Assembly (NCBI GenBank): GCA_051652765.1 | Contig: JBOFUV010000084.1 | Span: 1-36,728, forward strand | Length of the DNA: 36,728 bases | Source: Microcoleaceae cyanobacterium | Lineage (GTDB): Bacteria > Cyanobacteriota > Cyanobacteriia > Cyanobacteriales > Microcoleaceae | Direction of reading: 5' to 3' | Shown here: in pieces, positions 28,607 through 36,728 of the stretch | Position numbering within the stretch: the stretch's first letter is position 1 | Layout: each line of letters starts with the position of its first letter | Position numbers and translations under genes: made by a program | The notes under the pieces: model-generated | What the model was told of the DNA's origin: nothing | What the model saw: the letters and a program-made list of their open reading frames with translations, nothing else | The model's database searches: none

Positions 28607-29701
28607 TTAAGTTCCAAAGATTAACTTTGAGATTAATTTTTTCTGAACTAAAAAAGAGGTTACTGACCAGCTCATAATAAAAATTACCATAGCAATAAGT
28701 AGAAGAAATAAAGTTGATATATGAGTCGTATAGCTAGGATAGACTCTTTGGCAAATAATTTGAAACCCTTCAACAAACACTAGGTGCAATAGATAAATCC
28801 CAAAGGAACAAAGACCGAGACTTTTCAGGATAGGATGTTCTTGCAAATCCCTTGAAATTAAAAGTGCTAAAAGCAAAGCAGAGTAGCCCTGAAGAATTTC
28901 TACAATAGCAGCAGGAAAGAGTGTAACTCCCCAAAGATTCACGCCTAAAAATACGAGTAAAGCAATTACAATATGATCACTCTTGGCACTAGAAAAGTTG
29001 ACTTTATTGGAGGGATGATTCAAGATCATTGCTGCAAATATATAAGGTAAGCATCTGATAATCCAAGATAATGCCACCAGAACAATTCGAACGAGTGGAT
29101 TATTCACTAGATTTCCAGAAGGAGAGATTAGATCAGTCAATGACTCGAAAGCAACATTTTGATCATACTGAAAAGAGTTTCCAGTGGCTGAAATTAGTTG
29201 GTAAATTGCCAAACTTAAAATAAAAAAGCAGACTAGTAGAGTGAGTTTGACCTTTCTATAAATCAAGTATTCTGAGACCTTGAGCAGTAGAGTTCCTGTA
29301 GCAATAAGGGGTAAAAAATAAAGATGGAAAGCTGCTCCTCCAAAAAAAAGTATTGCAACTGGGTCTTGAAACACTGCTTGCAACTGATCTAGCTCACGAT
29401 TTAAAGAGTATTTAACCACTTTATACAGGAGATAAAAGAATGTCCAAAACAGATAAGGAATCAGCAACCGACTTAGCCTTGGCCTTAACTGATAAGGCTG
29501 ACTAGAAGTGTACAGTTTACTCGTTGCTAAGTAAAAAGAGGTTGCCAAGAAAAACGGAACGGCAAAAGCAAATAACAGTCGGATTTGCTCCCATCCAGGT
29601 GGGTAAACCCGTATATTTGCATCAACATGAAGAATGACTACTCCGTAGGTTGCTAATCCTCGGAAAAGGTCAATTCCTGTTAATCTTTGCTTTTCCTTCA
29701 T
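28607..29701 (-). CDS. Membrane acyltransferase (AT3 family)
   Basis: IDLFRGLA...VILH, AVPFF, RLLIPY, HLYFL, SFGIYLLH. Confidence 0.9.
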   Translation of the reverse strand: MKEKQRLTGIDLFRGLATYGVVILHVDANIRVYPPGWEQIRLLFAFAVPFFLATSFYLATSKLYTSSQPYQLRPRLSRLLIPYLFWTFFYLLYKVVKYSLNRELDQLQAVFQDPVAILFFGGAAFHLYFLPLIATGTLLLKVSEYLIYRKVKLTLLVCFFILSLAIYQLISATGNSFQYDQNVAFESLTDLISPSGNLVNNPLVRIVLVALSWIIRCLPYIFAAMILNHPSNKVNFSSAKSDHIVIALLVFLGVNLWGVTLFPAAIVEILQGYSALLLALLISRDLQEHPILKSLGLCSFGIYLLHLVFVEGFQIICQRVYPSYTTHISTLFLLLIAMVIFIMSWSVTSFLVQKKLISKLIFGT

Positions 29702-29741
29702 CACTTCAATCTCTACATTCTAAATTTAGATGATTTCTTCT

Positions 29742-30824
29742 CTAATAATGTAAGCACCACTGATAGACTTCGCGTGTTGCAGTTGCAACATAGTCCCAGT
29801 TCCAGGCTTGGGCAACCTCAAAGTTGTGTTGGCCTATTTCTGCTAAGACAAACCGTTGCTCTATTGCCAAGTTCATTGCATTTACTAAACCGCTCTTAGC
29901 ATCAGGATTGTAAAGAAACGCTCTCTGATCATCTAAAATCTCTTTGAAAAAGCCTGAGCAAGGTGCGATACAGACTTTACTATAAGACATCGCTAATACA
30001 GCTACCCCTGAAGTTGTAAATATTTTATATGGCAAAACTACACAATCACAAGCATTCATATAAACCTGTATTTGCTCGTCAGGAATTCCATCAGGTGGAG
30101 CTGTGAAAATAACATTTTCTTCACCCTCAATCTCCTGTAAAATTAAATTTCTTAGTTCGGCTTTTGAAACTTTACCAGCAACTATTAGGTGAAGATTTTC
30201 CTGGTTTAAATGCTTGAATGATTCAATTCCATCTAACGTTCCTTTACCTTTATGGATGCCACCAAACATTAGAAAAGCAAAGTTTTGATCAGGAATATTC
30301 AAGAGTTGTCGTGCTTCTGACCGCGAAATCTTGTTATCATAGGCTTCAACATAGTTGCCGTGGAATATAACGAAAACTTTCTCGCCATCTTTCAAATGGA
30401 GTGCTGTTATCATTTCCTGCCGCGTGCTTTCACAATGAGTGATAATAGCACTTAAAACTTTGCCAAGAATTAACGCTTGCAAAGGCAATATATTATGCTT
30501 AACTTCGGTTATTTTATCTGTCCACTCATGAACAGTCCATACCGTTTTTACACCGATCAACTTAAGGAATAAGAGCTGTGTAATAAATCCCAAGAACTTA
30601 ACCCAGCAATAGACTTTATTCCTGGAGACAAAAAAATCGTGGAGGGTTTGCAGATGCAGAATATCAGGTTTTCCTTTACTCAAAACTTTTGGGACGAAAA
30701 AGATACTTTGAAAATACTCTTCGGCATACACATTATGTTTACTTAAATACTGAATTAATAAATCCTTGTAAGGATTCTCAAACCAACTTGAAATTAGAGC
30801 AACATTCAAAGGTTTAGCGTTCAT
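29742..30824 (-). CDS. GT4 glycosyltransferase
   Basis: NPY, WTVHE, FGGIHKGKG, VLPY...TTSGVAVLAMSY. Confidence 0.88.
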   Translation of the reverse strand: MNAKPLNVALISSWFENPYKDLLIQYLSKHNVYAEEYFQSIFFVPKVLSKGKPDILHLQTLHDFFVSRNKVYCWVKFLGFITQLLFLKLIGVKTVWTVHEWTDKITEVKHNILPLQALILGKVLSAIITHCESTRQEMITALHLKDGEKVFVIFHGNYVEAYDNKISRSEARQLLNIPDQNFAFLMFGGIHKGKGTLDGIESFKHLNQENLHLIVAGKVSKAELRNLILQEIEGEENVIFTAPPDGIPDEQIQVYMNACDCVVLPYKIFTTSGVAVLAMSYSKVCIAPCSGFFKEILDDQRAFLYNPDAKSGLVNAMNLAIEQRFVLAEIGQHNFEVAQAWNWDYVATATREVYQWCLHY

Positions 30825-30845
30825 AATTTCTTGATAAGATGATAT

Positions 30846-31328
30846 CTAGATCAGGCTATAATCCAGCTTTTCCATAGCAAAACCATGGAGTTCCTGAATC
30901 AGGTTTAATTGCTGTGCAGTATAGTCTTTTTGAAAATCATCAACTTGTCTAGATCGATAGTACTTAGGGCTTTTCTGATGCAGCTCTTCAAAAGAGGGAA
31001 TTACTTGATCCGATTTATAGTCTAAGAAAGTTAAGTTTTTAATCTGCTCACAGATTTCTAGAAGATTGGAGGTACAATCCTCTAAAGAATACAGTTTTAA
31101 AACTTTTCGATTCAGCTTTTCCCACCACAATTTCAAGGCTGGCTTTTCTAGAGACAATATCTGCTGATTGTATCGCCAATTTCCAAAATACTCGGGAACG
31201 CCAGTCACCCGGTCTAACTGTTTTGTCACTACATCAACTTCAGTCCACGGCTGTTCAAAAAATATGTTGATGGTTTGCTGCATCAACGAGCTGCCAGAAC
31301 GTGGATAAGATGAAACGTAAATCAACAT
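30846..31328 (-). pseudogene. Short sulfotransferase-like ORF with an apparent in-frame internal deletion
   Basis: N-terminal SYPRSGSS 5'-PSB motif and a sulfotransferase-like tail (LED, YRSRQVDDF), but only 160 aa and no RDxRD 3'-PB motif. Confidence 0.6.
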
Positions 31329-31374
31329 TGTCTACCCTTCCCTCCTAAATATCAAATGAAGTCTAAGTCCAAGA

Positions 31375-32367
31375 TTAATATCCCAATCGCAGCAACCATT
31401 CGTCAGCTTCTTGTTCAAGTTGCTGCTGTTGCTCTTCTGACAATTCAACTTGCCAACGGCCAATAGAATCAACTTTTGCTTTTTTAGCAACAACCCCACA
31501 AAACTTAGCACGAGATTGAGGATTAGTGATTTCTAGAAAGTCTAATAGACGTTCTGATTCCAGTTGCGGATTTGTCACCAAATCTTCATATCGCAACTCA
31601 TGATACTGGTCAGTTGGCAACTGAGTAGATCCTGCTGAAGCCTCTTCTAAATATCTTCGCCACAGCCACATACAACGATGTAAATCGTTTGTCGTTTCAA
31701 ATTCTTCTACTCGGTCTGGTTCAACCCAGAAGCGAGCTTTAGGGCCAAATGGATATCCTCCTGGTTCTTTGGCACCTGACCCTTTCATATCGTTTCGATA
31801 CCAGGGTCTTTTCGCCAAAGAAATTGAGGTATCTCGTCCGTCCCGAATAATATGAATGAAGCGAGCATCAGGAAAGGCTTTGTATAGAAAGGGCAGAACA
31901 AAACAGTTCTGTGGCGTTTTTTCGGCAAAGCGCAAATCGCCATCAAGGTGAACTCGCATGAGCCAAGCATAAACGCCTTTGTAGAAGGCTTTAGCTTGAT
32001 TGTGATTCCATTGATTCGTATAGATATATCTGGCAGCCGCCTTGGTGAGTACGGGTTCGAAATGATAGCTGATCTCTGGTAACTCAGCAATACAAAGTCC
32101 TAAAAAGGTTGTGCCAGAACGTGGCGAACCAACAATAAAAATAGGCTTCTTTAAATTAGGAAATACGAAGTGTTTCCAGCGATCCGTTGAGATTGGTCGC
32201 TCTTTAGGTTGATAGTGCTCTAAGTCTTCATCAATTGTATATTTTATCCAAAATGGAAAGTTATACCACTGAATGGGTCTAACTTCCTCTCTCCAACTAT
32301 CACCAATAGTTTTTGATCGAGCTGTTTTAATGAAAGGCTTAAGTTGATTTTTCCAAAGGTTATTCAT
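31375..32367 (-). CDS. PAPS-dependent sulfotransferase
   Basis: FIVGSPRSGTT, AEKTPQN, IIRDGRDTSIS, LRYEDL, SIGRW. Confidence 0.94.
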   Translation of the reverse strand: MNNLWKNQLKPFIKTARSKTIGDSWREEVRPIQWYNFPFWIKYTIDEDLEHYQPKERPISTDRWKHFVFPNLKKPIFIVGSPRSGTTFLGLCIAELPEISYHFEPVLTKAAARYIYTNQWNHNQAKAFYKGVYAWLMRVHLDGDLRFAEKTPQNCFVLPFLYKAFPDARFIHIIRDGRDTSISLAKRPWYRNDMKGSGAKEPGGYPFGPKARFWVEPDRVEEFETTNDLHRCMWLWRRYLEEASAGSTQLPTDQYHELRYEDLVTNPQLESERLLDFLEITNPQSRAKFCGVVAKKAKVDSIGRWQVELSEEQQQQLEQEADEWLLRLGY

Positions 32368-32424
32368 GAGTTATTCGGCAATGCACCAAGGTCGAAATTT
32401 GATTAAGACTATGTTAGCCTATCT

Positions 32425-34374
32425 TTAAGAATTTTTCTCTATTGTGAGTAATTGATCTGCAGTTGGGGACTTAATTTTTTGAACTTGACCATCAGGCCAA
32501 GTCACAGTTAACAAATCGGGTTTTTGTTGTTTTCTTAATCCAAAGTAAAGACGATAGTGTCCCTGGGAGTAATAAGAATCTTCAGAACTACCCACGTATT
32601 GAACTTGAGTTCCATCTGCAGTTAGAAGCTCAACTTTGGCACCGATCGCTTGGGAGTTTCCAGAAGAACCTACTAACTTGAGTTCTAGCCAATGATGATC
32701 AGATTCCAAGTTTCGATAAAACCTAGATTGCCAAATTCGAGAGGTATCTTGCTTTAAGAGTTGATTCAGCAAACGCTCTTGTAAGGACGGAGTTTGCTGC
32801 AATACAGAAGGGGTTTGTTGAAAGGCGATTAACAAATCCCTTGTTCCATTATTGTCAGCATCAAACCAAGCACAACGAGCATCCCGTGTTTTAAACTTGG
32901 GAAATTTCATATCTAGAATTTGGGTTGCTCGAAACCGATGATTTGCAGTTTGACGGTACAAACCATGGGGCACAACATGTAGATCAAGCAGGCCATCGTT
33001 GTCATAATCCACCCAACTTGCTGTTACCCCATCTTCGGGCAAGCCAATAGAAACGGGGTTTTGCTTTAAATATTGACCCTCTGAATTGACCAAGAGAACG
33101 TTCTGACCGGTAGTCACAACATACAGATCCTGATCCCCATCCTGATCAAAGTCTGCAACGGCAAACTTCGTAATGGTTTTACCGAGATTTTCACTGAAGT
33201 CAGCCTTAAATTTCCCAGCTTGATTAACGTAACGTTGAAGTACCTCTTCCTGGGAAGAAATTAAATCCATATCTCCATCTCGATCCGTATCCAACCAAAG
33301 AGTATGTCCAGCTTGTGGTAAGTCCAGGCCCACTTCAGGAGCAATATTAACAAATGTCCCGTCAACCCTCTGCTGATAAAGTTGACTGGGATAAGGGGTC
33401 GGATCTTTTGAACGACCGCAGACCAAATACAGATCAAGTCGATCATCATTGTTGAAATCCACCCAAGTGGATTGCCTTCCTGGACAACCATTTTTCTCTA
33501 TGCCCAACGGTTCGGCTCGATCTTGAAACTCTGTAAGGCTCTGGCGGACAAATAATTCATCACTAAATCGTTCAGACAACTGAGCCATTTGCCCTCGAAC
33601 TGCGCCTCGACCCACAAAAATGTCTTTGTACCCATCTCGATTGAAATCTGCCCAAGCCATACTATGGCGATCTCTCCACATTAAATCAAAGCGATGAGCC
33701 GTTGGATTCAGCTTCTGAATTCCAACGTAGACTTGATTCAGGGGAATACCTTGATCCAAGTTGAAGGAATGTAAAATTTCAGGAAAACCCTGGAGTACAA
33801 GCCATCCACCCGTTTGAATGGAGAAATCTACAGTTGTTTGAGCTTTTCCTGAAGATAAATTTTGTTGGACTCTGGCATCAGACCGATGATGCTTCTTGAT
33901 CTGAACAGGCAAAGACAGCCTCAAGCTTCCTTTTATGGAATCTGAACTTTTAGAACCTGAATTTTTTAGCTGATGAGCCCGAAGATGGAGATCGAAATTT
34001 TGCCGATAAATATAAAGTCCAGGAGCATCAATTTTAGGTAAGGTATCTGTATCTTCTAGCTGAGGAAACCTTCGATCTTGATCTAAATTCCACTCAGATA
34101 AAACATCTGTAAACTTGTTAAAACCTGCACTCAAGATGAGATTCTGCCGCGCACTATGATTGAGTGTAAAGATATCTAGAAAGTCATCATTGTTGGCATC
34201 CACAATTCCTAGATCAAACAGATCATAAGTAGCAGTGAGTGGAGTTTTTTCCTGGGAGAAATAGCTTGCTGTTTTGATCATAGGAGCCCAGAGCCTCCAA
34301 GCTACTACAATGGCTAGAACCAATAAAAAAGTGACTAAAAAAAGCTTGGTGAGATGGACAAATTGCTTATTCAT
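32425..34374 (-). CDS. CRTAC1-like FG-GAP repeat / ASPIC-UnbV protein
   Basis: Repeated WxDFNxDGxxD motifs; C-terminal NSQAIGAKV...YYSQ...LYFGL...VTWPDG; N-terminal TM. Confidence 0.88.
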   Translation of the reverse strand: MNKQFVHLTKLFLVTFLLVLAIVVAWRLWAPMIKTASYFSQEKTPLTATYDLFDLGIVDANNDDFLDIFTLNHSARQNLILSAGFNKFTDVLSEWNLDQDRRFPQLEDTDTLPKIDAPGLYIYRQNFDLHLRAHQLKNSGSKSSDSIKGSLRLSLPVQIKKHHRSDARVQQNLSSGKAQTTVDFSIQTGGWLVLQGFPEILHSFNLDQGIPLNQVYVGIQKLNPTAHRFDLMWRDRHSMAWADFNRDGYKDIFVGRGAVRGQMAQLSERFSDELFVRQSLTEFQDRAEPLGIEKNGCPGRQSTWVDFNNDDRLDLYLVCGRSKDPTPYPSQLYQQRVDGTFVNIAPEVGLDLPQAGHTLWLDTDRDGDMDLISSQEEVLQRYVNQAGKFKADFSENLGKTITKFAVADFDQDGDQDLYVVTTGQNVLLVNSEGQYLKQNPVSIGLPEDGVTASWVDYDNDGLLDLHVVPHGLYRQTANHRFRATQILDMKFPKFKTRDARCAWFDADNNGTRDLLIAFQQTPSVLQQTPSLQERLLNQLLKQDTSRIWQSRFYRNLESDHHWLELKLVGSSGNSQAIGAKVELLTADGTQVQYVGSSEDSYYSQGHYRLYFGLRKQQKPDLLTVTWPDGQVQKIKSPTADQLLTIEKNS

Positions 34375-34419
34375 CGTTGGACTCAGGAGAATTTCCAATC
34401 TGCAATTTTCGGTTAATCC

Positions 34420-36258
34420 TTACTTCAACTCTGTCGTAACATTACTATCGCTTCCTAAAACAACTTCTTCATATCTGCCTGATCTGACTATCCGGCCTCG
34501 ATCCAGAACATAAACTCTGTCACAATGCTCAACTGTCGCGAGTCGGTGAGCAATGATTATCATCGTTTTCATTCCACTGAGAGAGTTGATTGCCTGAGTA
34601 ACCAGATTCTCTGTATCGGTATCGAGTGCTGCTGTTGCCTCATCCAACACTAGAACTTCCCTGCCATGGTAAAGCGCCCGTGCAATGCCTACGCGCTGTC
34701 GCTGGCCTCCAGATAGCAATACCCCACGCTCCCCAACCATAGTCTTCAAACCGCTCGGAAGATTGGCAATGACTTCTTCCAGCTGAGCAGCCTGAATTGC
34801 TTTTCCTAACCTTTCAGCATCAACTAAATGATCGGGTACGCCGAAAGCAATGTTCCTCTCAACAGTGTCGTCGATTAAGAAAATAGATTGAGGAATATAG
34901 CCAACCAGATCCTGCCATGCTCTTACTTTCCCGTCATAGATAGACTGCCCATCGACTTGAATATCTCCAGACTGGGGAATTAACAGCCCTAGAATCACAT
35001 CAACCAAGGTCGTTTTTCCTGCTCCCGATTTCCCAATCAAGGCAATGGATTGCCCTTTCTTCAAGGTTAATGAAATACCTTCCAGAGCATTGATTTCAGC
35101 ATCAGGATAGTGATACTTAATATCACTTAATGTAACCTCATACTCTAGTTCCAACCCTTCCGAGTACTGACTATTAATCGACCCATTTCTCTGGCCTGAT
35201 AGAGACGGCAAGTACATTAGAGCTTTGTCACTTTCTTGATCAAATCTATCAAACTCCTTCAAATCAGCGTAAAGCTTATTAACAGCATAACTTGAATTTT
35301 TCAGTGTACTGATTCCATTAGTAACATTGGTCATCGCTGGAATTAAACGAATTGAAACCAGGGCAAAAACACTGAGGGTCGGCATCAGCTTTTGAATATC
35401 CTGACCCAGCAGCAAAGAAACAACAATAAAACCCAGTAGAAAAACAACAATGATCGTTTCTATGAGGACACGAGGAGACAGCTTATAAGCATAAAACTTC
35501 GATGCAGCATCCGTAAAACGTTGCGCTTGTATCGCGACTTGAGATTCAAAATATGGCTCACAACCAATAACTTTCGTCTCCTTTATTCCCCCTAATCCAT
35601 GATTAATAATCCGAATAGTTTCCTGATCTGACTGAGAAGCTTCCTTGCCCCAGGCACTAATTTTATTCTTGAACAAGTTGAAAAATACAAGCAGTGGTAA
35701 CACAATCCCTAGAATCACCACTACAGCTAGGACATTCGTAACGACCAGCAAAATGGATAGAGACGCAGCAACAATGCAGTTCGAAGTCGAGTTCAGTAAA
35801 GGGATCAAAACACGCTCTGAAAACTGCTTTGTTTCCGTGATTAAGTTCTGAATAATATGAGAACTATTCTTACTGAGATGAAAAGCGTAAGGAGCGTTAA
35901 GATATGAGTGCATTAACTTCTTTGTCAAGTCACATTTGCGCCTGTAGGTGTATCTGAATATTGCTGTCTGAACACACCAACTCACAAAGGACTTAACACA
36001 GAATATCAGGATGATGACAACTCCCATCAGAGCCACAAAATCTCTTTCCTTTTGCAGTCCCAAAAGCTGATATAGCCATTCTAGAGCTGCTGCTTGATGA
36101 ATGATCTGGGGATTGGCAGATAGTGTCATGAATGGGCCAACAACTCCTAGCCCAAAGACTTCTAGTACTGAGACTCCTATAAATGAAAGAATCAGAAAAA
36201 TTAAACTGCTTTTCTTCCCTGGCAAAATATAGAGAACTTTTGAAAGATATCTAGCCAT
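34420..36258 (-). CDS. ABC exporter, fused TMD-NBD (HepA/PglK-like glycan flippase)
   Basis: TM domain, GKSGAGKTT, LSGGQRQR, VLDEATAALD, IAHRL. Confidence 0.93.
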   Translation of the reverse strand: MARYLSKVLYILPGKKSSLIFLILSFIGVSVLEVFGLGVVGPFMTLSANPQIIHQAAALEWLYQLLGLQKERDFVALMGVVIILIFCVKSFVSWCVQTAIFRYTYRRKCDLTKKLMHSYLNAPYAFHLSKNSSHIIQNLITETKQFSERVLIPLLNSTSNCIVAASLSILLVVTNVLAVVVILGIVLPLLVFFNLFKNKISAWGKEASQSDQETIRIINHGLGGIKETKVIGCEPYFESQVAIQAQRFTDAASKFYAYKLSPRVLIETIIVVFLLGFIVVSLLLGQDIQKLMPTLSVFALVSIRLIPAMTNVTNGISTLKNSSYAVNKLYADLKEFDRFDQESDKALMYLPSLSGQRNGSINSQYSEGLELEYEVTLSDIKYHYPDAEINALEGISLTLKKGQSIALIGKSGAGKTTLVDVILGLLIPQSGDIQVDGQSIYDGKVRAWQDLVGYIPQSIFLIDDTVERNIAFGVPDHLVDAERLGKAIQAAQLEEVIANLPSGLKTMVGERGVLLSGGQRQRVGIARALYHGREVLVLDEATAALDTDTENLVTQAINSLSGMKTMIIIAHRLATVEHCDRVYVLDRGRIVRSGRYEEVVLGSDSNVTTELK

Positions 36259-36587
36259 TTGACCTCATGCTAATAAACTCACCTTTGCATGATAAACAAG
36301 AATTTAAAAAGACTCAGTCTCTCAAGGATTTCAGTAAATGGCAGAGAAAAAACGTCATGACCAATTAATCTGAGGTCAGGATACAACTGAAAATTGAACG
36401 ATATCAGCTCCGTTGGGTTGATTACAATCAGTACACATGCCCTCGCTAGCAGGCAACATTCCTGAACTGCAACTACAGGTACTTCAGACCCGATACAACA
36501 GACCGCTAGATTAAGATAACTAACGGCCATCAATTGTTAATGAAAATCAAAAGTGCTTAGGCTAGACTGCTCAGAATCTTCTCCGAA

Positions 36588-36728
36588 TTATATCCCACCT
36601 AGATACTTCTGTTGTAGATAGTTTTCAACCTGCTGGCGCTCAGTTTCTGAGAGGGCCCGGTCAAATACCAAGATCTCAGCAACATCCATGTCCACAAAAG
36701 GACTGCCATCAATCTCTGCTCCCAGAAC
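36588..36728 (-). CDS. C-terminal end of a LamG/concanavalin-like domain protein (partial; absent from the ORF track)
   Basis: Manual translation: VLGAEIDGSPFVDMDVAEILVFDRALSETERQQVENYLQQKYLGGI-stop. Confidence 0.75.
   Translation of the reverse strand, partial: VLGAEIDGSPFVDMDVAEILVFDRALSETERQQVENYLQQKYLGGI

Noticed and set aside
418..35851. Many short antisense or nested ORFs in the track
   Set aside because: They lie within well-supported genes and have no recognisable motifs.
36279..36533. 84-aa minus-strand ORF
   Set aside because: It has a TTG start and no motif; more likely the promoter/leader region of the ABC gene.

Overview
Cyanobacterial chromosomal window: it contains ycf34, a PAP/fibrillin gene and about 12 HIP1 GCGATCGC sites. 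The left edge holds a divergent 478-aa IS110-family DEDD/Ser recombinase (523-1959). Upstream of it is a highly structured non-coding region that folds like a bridge RNA (~334-492). Its loop sequences match a candidate right junction AAGA-TG-AAAGGAG at 2017-2029 and a possible left junction at 263-277. Next come housekeeping and signalling genes: ycf34, a Ser/Thr kinase, tsaB, a membrane GTPase, queE plus an atypical queD-like gene, purK, a REC-GGDEF-EAL protein and fibrillin. From ~13.6 kb to the right edge is a minus-strand cluster that probably makes a sulfated exopolysaccharide. It has 6 GT4, 1 GT2, 3 intact and 1 internally deleted sulfotransferase, a methyltransferase, an acyltransferase, a Wzy-like protein, an ABC exporter, a CRTAC1/FG-GAP protein, a beta-helix glycanase and the tail of a LamG-like gene. 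Intergenic DNA carries two copies of one MITE, a 27-bp inverted repeat pair around one sulfotransferase gene, a candidate structured RNA at ~13290-13450 and many short tandem duplications. All calls come from reading motifs by eye; no searches or folding programs were run.
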